DNA of 63,339 nucleotides, filler included, from Saprolegnia diclina VS20 (GCF_000281045.1; 5 parts of 2 records of this genome joined end to end with filler, not necessarily neighbours in it), one strand, 5' to 3'; positions 35,212 to 48,291 are shown, counted from the whole stretch's first letter. Notes: generated by a model from the sequence alone, not told the origin. Numbers and translations: made by a program.

Positions 35212-35775
35212 TCATTCATTCGACGCATCGGCTAGCTCGGCGAGGACGTCACCGTGGCAACCTTCTGGCTTGCACCAGCACCCAAGCACCTTGCCGCGCA
35301 CATCGCTCAAGTCGACGTCGCCGCGCGCGATCTTGTCTCTTATATGGTCCCGGTACTGTCGGACGACTTCGTCTCGGGTACCGTCGCGGCCAATCTTGAA
35401 TGGATTGCCCCAGAGACTGCCTGCGATGGTGGGCTTGCCGTTGCGTGCTGCCATGCCACGGCCCACATACTTGTGGTATGGCGACGCGGCCAGCCACGCG
35501 TCCAGGCTACGGTAGCCCATGCGCCGCAGGCTCTGCGCGTTCAAATTGACTACGGTCGTTGGCGGCGCTCGAGGCGCTGGTGGTGCGGCCGGCGGATCCA
35601 GACGCGGCGCCAGAGACGCGAGGGTGGCACGCGCGTCGTGCAGCTCTAATGTGAGCGAATGCACTTGATGTAAAAGCTTGCGGATGCGAGCGTCGGGCGG
35701 CAGCGTCGCATTACAGCACACGCAGTGCGTCACATCGAGAGGGTTCTCGATGGTGCATTTTGGACAGGCGAGCAT
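35212..35775 (-). CDS. RanBP2-type zinc ribbon + coiled coil + DUF4326 domain protein (intronless)
   Basis: CPKCTIENPLDVTHCVCC; YVGR...SLWGNPFKIGRDGTRDEVVRQYRDHI...RGKVLGCWCKPEGCHGDVL. Confidence 0.85.
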   Translation of the reverse strand: MLACPKCTIENPLDVTHCVCCNATLPPDARIRKLLHQVHSLTLELHDARATLASLAPRLDPPAAPPAPRAPPTTVVNLNAQSLRRMGYRSLDAWLAASPYHKYVGRGMAARNGKPTIAGSLWGNPFKIGRDGTRDEVVRQYRDHIRDKIARGDVDLSDVRGKVLGCWCKPEGCHGDVLAELADASNE

Positions 35776-36898
35776 TTTGTTTTTTGATAAAGGAATGTGG
35801 TCGATATACCCGTAAAGAAGATATGGAAATGATGTACCGGTATGCCAGGACGATCGAAACTGCGTTGTGAGTGATGGTGTCATCGTGCTGTCTTCCGTCA
35901 ATAAATGCTTCGACCTGCTTCNNNNNNNNNNNNNNNNNNNNNNNNNNNNNNNNNNNNNNNNNNNNTTAATTAATTAANNNNNNNNNNNNNNNNNNNNNNN
36001 NNNNNNNNNNNNNNNNNNNNNGCAAGAATTAAACTAGTATTCTTCCGTAGTTCAAGCGGTGAGCAAAAGGTGCCGATGCCGCTATTAGAGTGAGAATGAA
36101 GATGAGTGCAGCTATGGTGCTATCATGAGGAGGAGGCGGCGAGGCACGAGGCCGCCGCCTCGGAGGTCTACGGAGACCCAACGGTGGAGAACGACATGGA
36201 CCGTTCCAGCCATCAAGTTCACACAATTCACGACTAAGCGACTAGTAGACTGACTAGACGACGAAACGACTAAGCCGAGGGAAAATTGCCAGTCGACCCT
36301 GGAGATGAAAAACCTCGAAATGCTCCAACAGCCACAATTGGAACAGAGGGTATCTGATGACATGTCAGCCGCTAGAGATTGGGTAGCCGACCCTTTTCTC
36401 TTGGAGCTGCAGTTGCTGCCCATGCTCGTCTTGTGCATCCCATCATGTGGTATACAACGCGTAAGTCGTGCGTTGTGACCACAATATAGCGTTGACATCT
36501 ACTAAAACACCGAGGACGGAGCGACATCACTAGGGATAGGGTCTCGTCGATTCAAAACACGAGTTTACACATAATTCAAGACTCTAGATGTCGTGCTTGA
36601 GGCTATAGATAGTGTTTCCAGTTGAACTCGTTCAGTGCCCTTTTTGGTCCCAGATGTTTACAAGTCTCATCACGAAAGAGTGTAGAACTTGAATGGACAA
36701 AATAGGGTAGGATTGCTGCGGTATGGCACACGATTGCCAAGTACGCCACACCAATAGCTATAACACAGTATCGCAACCGCTGTTCTATCATGTTATTCCC
36801 AACGCGCAGATAATTTGTCGATTCAACACTAGAACGACCACAGTGACCAACGGTAGACACAAACGGGTCGTGTCCTCGGTAAGCCATCATTAGGCGGC

Positions 36899-39800
36899 CT
36901 ATGAACAGAGATCAGTACACACAACTTGAGAACATGTTTCCGCAACCTTGCTGCTCGTGCGGCAGCTTTCAGGAACCTCCGGCGGCTGACAACGATTGCT
37001 GGTCGATGCTGCAATCTCAGACTTGCGGCGCAGCAGGAGCTCGTCGACGATCGCGGCGGCCGTCGGACGCGCCGTCGGGTCGAACGCCAAGCACTTGTCC
37101 GCGAGGGCTTGAAGCCACGGGAGGCACGTTGCACTCATTTTTGGGCGCAGCTGGCCCAAGCGAACGGCCTCCTCGATCGCACCGCGGTTGGCAGCAGGGA
37201 TATCTGAAAACGGCTCGGAGAGCGTGTCGAGCTCGGTCAAGACGACGCCGAACGAGTAGATGTCGGCGGCCGTCGTGTACGCTCGGCCTTCGCCTGCATG
37301 CCCCGGCACGCGCAGCACCTCGGGCGCCATCCAGTACTTGGTGCCGACGTTGGACGACATGACGCTGTCCGTGTCGAGGGTCCGCGCCGAGCCAAGGTCG
37401 CCAAGCCGGACGTAGTAGGTGGTCGAGAGAAAAATGTTGAGGCTCTTGACGTCGCGGTGGATGACGCCGCGGCCATGCAAATCCGCAAGGGCCAACGCGA
37501 GCACGAGCGCCACATCGATCGTCGCGAGTTCGAGTCCGACATCGACCTGGTGGCTTTTCGACTGAATATAGTCGTGCAAGTCGCCAAGGTCCATGTACTC
37601 CATGACCATGGTTGGACTGTACAACTGACCACGCGGCTTGAACGTGTGGGGCGACGTCGACTGGTTGTCGAGGATACCGATGAGTGGCATCAAGTACGGC
37701 GACGTGGCCCTAGTCGAATGACGGAGCTCGACAACGCGTACAAGGTGGTAGGGATAGGGTACGTTTGCATGGCGGCCACTTCGCGTTGAAATTCCGTCAT
37801 CATGCGCTTGTTGGGAAATTTGGGGCCTTTGAGAACAACGTCCTTGCTCTCGTACGAGGCTGCGTACACAGTCACATTAGGTCCCCCGAAAATGGCGATG
37901 CCGACGCGGAGGTCAGTGGCCAAAACCTAATTTTGTCAAGAAATTGCATCAAAATTTCCGAAAATGCTAGAATTAAGCCTACCGATACCGGCGCGGGGTA
38001 CATGCGTGGGTAGAGTACTTGGGCGACAGCGTTGTGGCCGCGTTGGATCGCCACGGCCAGTAACGTCTTGTCGCCTTGTTCCTATCAACAGAGTTTCTCG
38101 GTCTCAGAGAGAGAAGATGGAGAGACGGACCGGCTGCATGGTCCAGACATCAACGTCCATGGCCAAAAGACAGCGCACGGCGCGTTCGCGGCCGTCCAAC
38201 ACCGCCCGCAACAAGGCTTTGTTAATCGATTCCTACATTTTCTCATGTATAAACGCAAAAATTGTGATTGGAAGGTACCGGGTCTGCGTCGTCAAGGACG
38301 ATACCAATGGCTGCCAAGAGAGCGTCTCGAATGCTGCGTGTCTCTGGTAGCCCTTGCGTCGCGATTTGCAGTAGGGTCAGGTCCACCTATATAACTGTGA
38401 AACCAAGGACGTCATGACAGATAAGCTGCTACGCCAGTCGTCGACGGAAGTGGAATGGACGCGTCAGCACCAAGGCTCAAGAGCAGTTGGGCCACGGTAC
38501 TGCGGTTGCGGCTGACGGCCAGCGCCAGTGCTGTATACCCCTCCTACGTCAACATCAGCGAGTAATGATAGAGTACAATACGAGTACCTGGTTTGTAGCG
38601 TTGATGTTGACACAGGGACTTGCAAGCAGCAGCGTGAGCAGTGTCGGCTGGTCCGTCTCGACGCAGTGGTGCAAAAGACTGCTCACGTCCGTCTACACCG
38701 ATCTCGTTATGCTAATACTGCGTGTTAATGCGCGGAGTGGGTACCGTCAAGTTGCTATGGCTGGTGTGAAGAAGACGTAACACCAGCTGGGTCTTTCTCT
38801 GGGCCACGGCGGCCGTCAGCACCGTGTGGTACATCTACACGGGATCGCAGATATAGCGTGATGCCGACATGCGCTACTGCTACCTTGCATCTGGTCTCAT
38901 CCGTGGCACTGCCGAGAAGCGCCAGCAACAAGTTTGCGTCGTCTGTTGCGACGCCTTGGTCGACCTCCTTGCGCTACGAGTCGAAGATGACACCACAAGG
39001 GGTAGGTTAAGGGATCGCACCATATCATTGGCGGCAACGACGCCTTCGTGCAAGAGGGTGGTGACGGCCGTCCAATGACCCGCACGCATAGCGTCCGCCA
39101 GCGCGGTTTCCTACTTGAGTTCCTAACGACACCGTAAACAACAACGGCGAGACGCACCTTGGATGCTATTTGGCTGTCCACGCTCTTCAGCGTGGCTTGC
39201 GTATCTTTGGTAAAGCTCTCGAGGCGTGCTTTCGCGTTCTTGCTCGTCGCAAGCTGCATAGCTGTCTTGTGATCCTGACCCGTCGTGAGTTCAATTCCTG
39301 GTTGGTCCAAGGATATACCTTGTTGCGGGCCGTGAGATGGGTGACGGCGGCTTGAAGTACCACGCGACGAGCCTTCAACGACCCATAAGTCGCCTCATTG
39401 GCCTCGGGGACGGGCGCCAGCAGAGACAGAAGCATCTCGATCATCTCGACGCTGTTGCTGGCGGCGGCGACCATGAGCAGCGAGCTGCCTCGGGCCTACG
39501 CCAGACGTTATTCTACCCGAGTTGAGACGCAAGATAGTGTACAGTCGTGTCGTCTGTCAAGCGCTTGGGATCGTCGGCGAGGAGTCGTTGTAGCACCTCC
39601 ACCTGGCCTGCTGCGGTCGCCAAAAAGGCCAGCATCTATTCATCATGTGAGAAGCCCATGCATCGTAGGGTCTTGATGGACCTTGGCGTGGTCTGCAGAC
39701 GCCGCACTTCGCTGCGAATGCGAGAGAAGGACGCGGGCGACCTCGGCGCAGCCACTGTTGATGACCTCGGTGTAGCTGGCTGCGATAGCCGATGCAGTCG

Positions 39801-42159
39801 TGTCGGGGGGCAGCATCGTCAAGAGCAGCTCGACCATGTCGGCATGACCACTTTGGGCCGCCAGAGACACGAGCGCCATGCCCTCCTAGCTCATGGTCTT
39901 AAAAAACCTCTCCGGTACCTGAGTAAGAACGCACCGTAGCGTCCACGGTGGCGCCCGCACGCCATAGTCGCTCGACCACTCGTGGCGCGTTGGCCGCAAC
40001 CGCCAATCGCAGTGCAGACAAGCCCGTGGTCTAGGTCAACAGAATAAATCTCAGGAAATATTGTGTCTGCGCGAGCACGCACCGCGTCTGTCGTGTTGAC
40101 GTCCACGCCTTTTGCCAAGAAGCGTTGAACGTCGTCGTCGACGCCGGCGCGCACGGCCTCCAAAAAGCGCTGCTTCTCGGCAGCTTCCGCATTCCGCAAG
40201 GTCTGCAGGACGGTACGCGCGTGCTGCTGCTGGATGGCAAGTGCCAACGGGGTCTCGCCCGCCTACTTCGACGGTCGCTTTCGTTAGCGCCTTTGGTTAC
40301 ACACAGCACACATTCGTGGTCGTAAAGATGTTGAAGTTGCTCTTGAGTAGGACCTCGATGACGTCGCGCTTGCCCGCAAAGGCAGCCTGGTGCAGAAGGC
40401 TCCATCCCTCCTACGAAAGGCGTGAGCGAGCTGTATAGAGCACAGCAGAGAGGCATACACGAGGCGTCGAGCCAAGGGACGCTTGGGCTTGTAGCAGCTG
40501 CGCAACCATCGCTGCGTGGCCACCTTGGACCGCGACGTCCAGTGGCGTATCGCCGTTCTAGACCAAAGGACAACAAATCGTCGCTATGGTGCAAAAATCG
40601 ACAATCATACAGCGTTGGGACTCGCGAGGTCGCCGCGGGTCGCCGTCTTGAGAAGCGCCTCGACGACCGCCGCTTGACCGGAGGTCACGGCGCTGTGCAG
40701 CGGCAGATAGCCTTGCTAGAGAGATGACGTAGGCGTCATCCAAGAGGCCAAGAGCCAATGATGATCCTACCGCGTCTCGGCGACGCGCGAGCGATGCGTC
40801 CATCTCAAGCAGGTGCTGGACCACGGCCGAGCTGCCACTCGCAGCGGCCAGGTGGAGTGCGGTTTCTCCGTTCTAAAGGGCAAAAGATACAGGATTTGAA
40901 ATAGTAAAAAGTGCAAGTGCAGTACGTTGTTGGTCGAAGTGGGCGCGACGCCGGCACGTAGGAGCTTGTTGACGGTGCGCACATTGTTGGTCGACGCTGC
41001 ATGCAGCAGCAGCGCGCCAAAACCGTCATATTGAACCACCGAACCCTAAACCTCGACGTTGCACCACGGCGAGATGCGCTGCCACGTACCTCGTCCAGCA
41101 GGTCCAGACGTGCGTTGGCGTTGACAAGAGCGTGGACGATACTGGCAGTGTTTTTGACTGCGATGGAGGCGAGCGCCGTTTGTCCTTGCTAGAATCGTAT
41201 GGACAATAATGTCATTGTCGTTGTGGTGGTGTGTTTACCTTGTCGGTCACGTCAATGTTGACATTTGGCTTTGCAAGGAGCTTGTGCAGGAGCTCGAGAT
41301 TCCCCGTTTCGACGACGCGGTGGACCAGTGGGCGACCCGTCTACAGGTGGTCTGTTTCCAAGACAGTGGTATGTATGTCATTGCGTACGTCATCGAAGAG
41401 GGTGGCGTCAATATTGTCTTGGGACAAGATGACCTTGGCGTCCGAGAGCCGGCCGTCCTGCAGCGCTGCCACCAGCTAGCGAAATCACAGTCGCATGCCA
41501 CCGTGGGCTTTCTCGCTTATGCAACATCGAATGGTTACCGTGAATTGGCGCTGGCGACGAAGATGGTTTTGCAAAAGCTGTGCGATACCGTCGTGCTTCT
41601 TGTCCAGAGCCACGTGCAGCAGCGATTGACCCTTCTACAGCATCCCGTCGTCGTACTTGTCTCCAATTTCAATGTAGATCAAGTACGTAGGTAGCTGCGT
41701 CGACGTCGACGTTAGCGTCCAAGAGCAGACGCAGAATGTCGGGAAAGTTGCCAAGTACTGCGTACAAAAGCGGCGTGTATCCGTCCTACAGGAAAAAGGA
41801 CGGTGGATCGATCCACGACGCGATGACAAGGATGACGTACGCGATCGCAAAAGTCGGTCGCCACCTTCTGTGTCTGCAAGTAGGCCACGACGTGCGCATG
41901 GCCATTCGCCGCTGCGTAGCACAGGGCTCTCTACAATATGAATATAGGTATCGAGGAATATTTCGAGAAAAGGCAATGTCAAAGTGCAATGTCAAACCCC
42001 AGAGCCGTAGTTGGGATCGACGCCGTCGATCTCGACGAGTCGCTTCACATCAGCCAAGCGACCTTCGTCGGCGGCGCAGCCGAGCTCCACCTACAGACAC
42101 CCAAGTTGGCATGCATATAACAGGAGTCAATGCGTCGGTCGTACTGCTTGGACGTCCAT
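36899..42159 (-). CDS. Multi-exon ankyrin-repeat + C-terminal TKL-like kinase (possibly more than one gene)
   Basis: Exons encode single ANK units (RALCYAAANGHAHVVAYL, LVSLAAQSGHADMVELLL, LLAVAIQRGHNAVAQVL); kinase VVLK, HRDVKSLN, DLG, YWMAPE, DIYSFG; predicted start MDVQA at 42159. Confidence 0.75.
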
Positions 42160-42803
42160 TCAAGTCGTCTCGTAATAGGAAATTGTTGCTCTGACGTCCT
42201 TCCGGTACTCGTGCTGAAACCATCTTTGTCGCCAGCCTCAACCAACTGGAAAGAACGGGTATCCTGGACGCAAGATTGCATGCGATTGTGTTGCGGACTT
42301 GCACTGCAGAACCAAGGAACGAAGTGGTGTGTCGTGCGGCAAAGAGCTGCAGTGGACGAGCCGGTAGTACAAGCGCAGGCGATCTCTGCAGTTATAGCTG
42401 GCGATCGCCGTGGGTCGCCAAGGGTGTGACAAGAAGCATTGAGTGTACTGAGCTCTTGGCGGACGCTAGAGGCTCTTGCAAGAAGACGCCACCGATGGAT
42501 TTCGCAAGTTGCTGTTGCGTTTTGAAATGCATTTTGAAAACTTGGATGACAGACGGTCCAAATGACGAGGACGAGGCAAAGGACCAAAGTGAATGGATGG
42601 AGCGGTCCCACTAGACGATTGACAACGACAGACAGTATTGTACAACAAACCCATTGATGGCTCTGCAGTCACAACATTTATATCGTACATTGTTCTCGTC
42701 CCAAGTGCACTACGATCCAAGTGACATGTCCGTTGCGGGATTGGCAGTTCACCATTCTGAACTCTGATTTGATTGCAGTTTGCATCTTTCTGCGATCAGC
42801 ACG

Positions 42804-43706
42804 ATGGCGTTCGTCGACCCGACGCGCGCCTTGGCTTCGTTCACCGAGTACAAGACGGGTGTTGAGCCCGTGCTCGCCGACGCCGACGTCCGAAACAAAG
42901 TCGGTGCCGTGGCGAACGACCTGCAGGTCCAAAACTGCATCCAGTTTCTCGACGACGTGGCACGTCTTCTCGAATGCGCGATCGCACTGTCGTACGACCA
43001 CCAATGCCACGCGTCGATGCTGAGTCTCGCGATCCAGTACCAGACGCTGGTCGACGCCTTTTGCCGTGCGAGCTCGACCCACCTGCAAACGTCGATGGAA
43101 GCGCTCAAGCACTTCAAGCTGACCTTTTTCAGCCTCCGGAAACACGAGATCGACGATGCCCGCTCGCTGCTTGCGGCGCTGCCTTCGCTCGCTGCGCGCT
43201 CGGAAGGAATGAACTCGAGCCTCCTTGACCAGGTGACCGATTTCCTGCGCGATGTCAACGCCCGCCTCCAAGTGGTCAATGCCGCGATCAACGCCGTGAT
43301 GCGCGACATGGTCTTGGCCAAAAGAGAGGACCGCGCTGCGCACGAGTACGCCGTGATGAGCCTCGAGAGGACCATGAAGGTGCTTGGGATCATGAAAGCC
43401 AAGCTGGAAAACGTGCGCTGCTATGTTGCCATGTCCAAGGACCGCTGTTGTACGATGGCAGAGCCCAACACAGGCTTGAAAACAGGCCTTCAGTTGGCTA
43501 CGAGCCAGCGCCCCGACATGGTCGTAAAGGCCATGACCCAGGACTGGTACGAATGGCTCGCTCTCGCCAAGACGAACGACGCAAGCGTGCGTGGCATGGA
43601 CGGCGTGCGCACGGCTATGCACCGCATCCTCTCGACGCTGCCCACTGCGGCGCCAGCCAGCGACCGTCTAGCGAAGCTCATGCAGCATCTCCAATCTGGT
43701 CACTAG
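42804..43706 (+). CDS. Uncharacterised all-alpha-helical protein (~300 aa, intronless)
   Basis: Long ORF with host-like GC3 bias; amphipathic helices throughout; no signal peptide or TM segment. Confidence 0.75.
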   Translation: MAFVDPTRALASFTEYKTGVEPVLADADVRNKVGAVANDLQVQNCIQFLDDVARLLECAIALSYDHQCHASMLSLAIQYQTLVDAFCRASSTHLQTSMEALKHFKLTFFSLRKHEIDDARSLLAALPSLAARSEGMNSSLLDQVTDFLRDVNARLQVVNAAINAVMRDMVLAKREDRAAHEYAVMSLERTMKVLGIMKAKLENVRCYVAMSKDRCCTMAEPNTGLKTGLQLATSQRPDMVVKAMTQDWYEWLALAKTNDASVRGMDGVRTAMHRILSTLPTAAPASDRLAKLMQHLQSGH

Positions 43707-44547
43707 ACTAGAGGTCTAAACGAAGCATTTGTTTACAATCCACCTTCCTCAATCTAAGTTCACCGCGTACGTTCAAAGCACGTCCCGCAATAACTTTGAT
43801 TGTATGGTTTTTCGATACGTGCATTTTGTTGGGCAAAATCGCATTCGGCTCATCGATGGACGCCGACGTTGGGATTTTAGGAAAGCGCATGATTCTCCTG
43901 TGCGACGCGACCCGAGCGGCCGGCGTGGGCCCTCAATGCGAAGAGTGGCGGCGTACAAGAAAAGCGCTTGCGACGTCTGTCGACGGCGCATACCCACCAT
44001 GCGCTGCTCCTCCTCATACGCCTCGTGATCGTTGCTTGGTGGCGCGACGAGGTAGCGGACGCTCGACCTCGGCGATACCGCCTGCCGGGTCGATAAGAAC
44101 ACGAGCGCACTCTGTGATATACACACGCAGAGTGCGCTCGTGTGTGTAGTGCCCGCCTGCTTGGTGATGGGCGAGCGAGACAGGGTTAGGTCGAAGCTAT
44201 GGGCTGCAAATCGGGGATTGGCTCGGGTGCCGGTTGGCGTCGTTCGACTGTTGAGACGCTCAGGTCTTCTCACGGAACACCGTTTCCACTCCTTCAACAT
44301 GGTCCACGTCTGCTGACAACAATGCTGCCTGTGCTCTCGGCTTCAACGCCTTCCGTACACCAGCTCCATGTCCTGCAAAGGAAGCGATACTATATGACCA
44401 CTCTAACGCGCAAAAATGGCAGTGGGGGACATGGATGCTGCGACGGACGTTTTGAGGAGCTTTTCGCAGTGTCGACAATCCGACGTGTCCTTGTTGCGCT
44501 GTCCGTCCGCCACAAAAAACTAAATAGTGTATGTATTAAGTACTAGG

Positions 44548-44895
44548 CTAATTCAAAATGTAGGCCAAGTCGAGCGCATTGACGGTGGAAGTCGTCGTCG
44601 TCGTAGTGTGGTGTGGTGACGACGCGGGCGCCTCGTCCTTTGACGCGACTGGCCGTGCCAGCGGGTCGACGTGAAAGTAGCTCAGAAAGAACCCGCGGTG
44701 CTTTTCGCAGTACGCGGTGGTCTCGGCTTCGCGCTTTCGGGCGTAATTCGACTTTAGTTTGGCGAGCACTTTGGCGCGGTTTTGCGCATAGTACTTCTTT
44801 GACCGCTCACGGTTGCGCTCGAGTGTCTCTTCCGAGAGGTACCGCTTGTACCGGCGCGGACTCGAGGACGACGACGACGACGGGGACGGGTGCAT
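44548..44895 (-). CDS. Small basic-helix protein with C-terminal LAYILN motif (putative transcriptional regulator)
   Basis: RRYKRYLSEETLERNRERSKKYYAQNRAKVLAKLKSNYARKR; ends LDLAYILN*. Confidence 0.6.
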   Translation of the reverse strand: MHPSPSSSSSSSPRRYKRYLSEETLERNRERSKKYYAQNRAKVLAKLKSNYARKREAETTAYCEKHRGFFLSYFHVDPLARPVASKDEAPASSPHHTTTTTTSTVNALDLAYILN

Positions 44896-46148
44896 GACGC
44901 TTCAAATTGCAAACTGAATCGGACGCGTCTTGTTCCGGCCAACGCCCCGGGGCACGTATCCATGTCACGCCCACGTACCCGGGGCACCGCGAACCCTCGC
45001 AATCATTGGTTGTCTGGATGCATCCTGATTCCGAGGAGAGCTCCGTGGTCCAAGGTCCATTTCGCATATCTTTTCACGCAAAAAGATACCGCGCTACCAC
45101 TCTGCGACTTGCCAACAAACTTGTCTTCCGTCCGTGTCGTCGACTTAGAGGTTTTAGCGTCGGTGCTAGCATTTATTTTTTTGTAATTTTTCCAACAGAC
45201 GGCGTTTTGACTTATTGGCCTCGCTTTTCAGTAGCTTCAAGGTGAAGCGAGAAGGCCGGCCAAGCTCGGTTGCGATGTCAGACGTGCGGACGCGACCACC
45301 ATCGTAATCGCGTGGTAGGGATGTGGCACGGGTGGCGTCACGCGGAGCTTCGTGGGCCCTCTCTTCTTCTTCTGCACCGTCTACGGATTTTTGCAGCTCC
45401 GAGCGTCGGTAATGCTATCTGAGCTTGAAGCCACCTTTCCTATGCACACTTGGTGTCGCCACCCGCCGTGTTCCGAGGTCTCCCCTTACCATCGCCCACG
45501 CGACAAACGACCATACATTGCGGTCCGGCGACTGCGCCATATACGACGTGCGTGTGATGTACTAGCGACACAAGGACGCTTGCTGTGAAAAGCTCCGAGG
45601 AGCTTTCTGGGTGTTGCAACGGTCTGAGTCGCAGGCGTGTGCTTCGAAGAACCAGACGACGGACGATCGCGCACGTTCCGTCCTTGTGCCGGAAGGTTGA
45701 AGTTCGGAGAAGGGTGAATCGTTGAGGCCGCGTCTTCAACTCGCCTCCTTCCTGCCAGCGCCGCTGTTGCATGCTGTTCGACCAGGCGGGGTGTAGGAGG
45801 TATACAGTAGCTACAAATCGCCTTGCCCATCCTAAAAGCTTGCTAAACCCACCAAAGTTGTACAGTACAGTCCATCTGCGACAGAGCACACAAAGCTCCT
45901 AGGTGCGTCCTCCAAGACACCACGTGCGTCCACGCGTCTCCCGTAGTTGTTGGCTTGCTCGTGGCGACGATAGGACCGTTTTCTTGGACGACCAAGGGGC
46001 TCTGGAACCTCCTGGAGAGATAGAGACAATTGTTTGTAGCCTTTCTTTNNNNNNNNNNNNNNNNNNNNNNNNNNNNNNNNNNNNNNNNNNNNTTAATTAA
46101 TTAANNNNNNNNNNNNNNNNNNNNNNNNNNNNNNNNNNNNNNNNNNNN

Positions 46149-46163
46149 GGCCATCATCTTCAT
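46149..46163 (-). CDS. 5' stub of a third tandem elicitin-like/mucin gene (MKMMA...), remainder lost in gap
   Basis: Upstream 46164-46540 is homologous to 47401-47790, with the ATG in the same position. Confidence 0.45.
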
Positions 46164-46976
46164 GGTAGGAGTCGGTGTAGGGTAGTCGGATAAACGAAAT
46201 ATGAAAGACATTGCGCGAGCGACGACGCCATCTTCCACCACCACGCCCCACCGCGGGAGACGAAACAGCCGATCTACAAGAGGACAGGATGCTCATCCCG
46301 CACCTGCTATCCGTAGTTTAATGCACTCTATACCTATATACACTGTGTTGTCGCCTAGGTGTACAGTATTGGCATGCATGCTAGTGCAGTAAGTATACAG
46401 TGTAGAGCATGGAATTCTAGCGTTTTCTGTTGAGCTAGCTTTGTGGCAACTCGGAGAGAACCCCACCTGTATTCTCATGGATATCAAATATCCAGAGAGA
46501 AATGTGCCAATAATTCGCACATTGTCTCTGGCAAGTCTATGGATTCTAGTTAGCCGAAGTGAGTAGAACTAGTGGTCGTGTCGATGGGCTGCTAAAAAGT
46601 GATGCAGCAGAGTCACGAGTTCAGCTCTACCTGTATGTTGTGGCATACACATCTAACCTCGTAACTAGATACTGAGGAATGAGTGGATTTCTTAGTGGAA
46701 TCACAGACCCGTGTGCCAACAGTGCGCTACAGTAAAAATGTTCAGAATGCAAGACCAGACATGCACCAGCATCAGCGACGATCCCATCAATCGATTGTAA
46801 TGCTATCCTTGACATTCCAATTGTGCGTCGGGTGATCTTATCGCAGCAATGCCGAGATATTAGACAAAGTCGTACTCGCATGTCCGAGTGCCACGTACGT
46901 TGCACCATCCATTATGACAGTTTCAGACCAATGACAGCCGTTTATTGTAAAAAGGCAGTACCGGTATATAAAGTGA

Positions 46977-47400
46977 TTACATAGCTGCTGCCGCGACCAC
47001 AGCGACGGTCAGGAGACCTGTCGTGAGGCCAGCGGCACTGGACGTGGGCTTGGGCGTCGGCGCCTTGGTCGTCGTCCCCGCCGAGCTGCCCGTCGACGAC
47101 GACACAGATGTGGGCTTGGTCGTCGCGGCGCCAGGCACCGACGTCGTCTTGTTGTTACCGGGNNNNNNNNNNNNNNNNNNNNNNNNNNNNNNNNNNNNNN
47201 NNNNNNNNNNNNNNNNNNNNNNNNNNNNNNNNNNNNNNNNNNNNNNNNNNNNNNNNNNNNNNNNNNNNNNNNNNNNNNNNNNNNNNNNNNNNNNNNNNNN
47301 NCGTCGCACCGCCCGTCGTCGGGGCTGGCGCGGGCGTCATTTGCGCCGTCGTGAGCATCGCGCTCGAGGCAAGAAGCATCATCATGGCCGTCGTCTTCAT
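46977..47400 (-). CDS. Secreted Thr-rich GPI-type protein, paralog of 48292-48945 (centre in N-gap)
   Basis: MKTTAMMMLLASSAM signal; C-term TTSVPGAATTKPTSVSSSTGSSAGTTTKAPTPKPTSSAAGLTTGL nearly identical to neighbour. Confidence 0.75.
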
Positions 47401-48291
47401 GGTAGGAGTTGCTGTAGGGTAGTCGGATAAACGAAATATGAAGGACATTGCGGCGAGCGACGGCATCACCAAGCCGGACCAAGGATTGAAACAGCCGAAG
47501 TACAAGAGGACGGGAATACTCATCCCGCGCCTGCTGTTTGGAGCCTTTTGTGTTGGTCTTTTGTAGCTTCTTTTGTACTGCAGCTTGTACTGCATTCTAA
47601 GTGCTATCAGTTGGTACCTCTGCGCAAAGTCTCTAAAGTCTTGACGTCTTGACGGTGACATTTCAGCGCTCTCTGTCAAGCCAACTTTGTGGCAATTCGG
47701 AGAAACCCACTCACATTCTGGTGGATATAAACTAACCAATGCGAAATGTGCAAATAATTGGCACATTCTTGTCTCTTTGGCTAGTCTCTACAACTCTCTA
47801 CATGTAGGTAGTTGGTGGCAGTATCAAGAAATCTTGGCCGCAAAAGCAGTGTTGGTGATGAGATGCATGGTCAAGCCCGGACGACACGCAGGCTAACTGG
47901 GTTCAATGTGGCTAGTGAGAACGTGAAGCCATCACTTTCAAAAGCCCGTCGACGCCACCACTGACCACCGACTGCGCCAACACCATTGAGCAAACCGGTG
48001 CATACTTGTGCGCCACGTGTACCACCAGGACATGCTCAACCGTTAGCGACCTGCACTGGCATAAGCTGCGCATCATCGAGGACACCTGCCTTTGGTCCTA
48101 TAGTCTTTGTGTCATCCTTTCGTCTCCGACACCACATCGCTCATATCGTGACAACGACGAGGTGGCAGTGTGGCACAAAGGGTCATACTTACACGTCCGC
48201 GTGCCACGTAGGTTGCACTTTCCAGCGTGACGGTTTCAGACCAACGACAGCCGTCCATTCAGAAACAACGTATTTTATAGGCATAGAAGGC

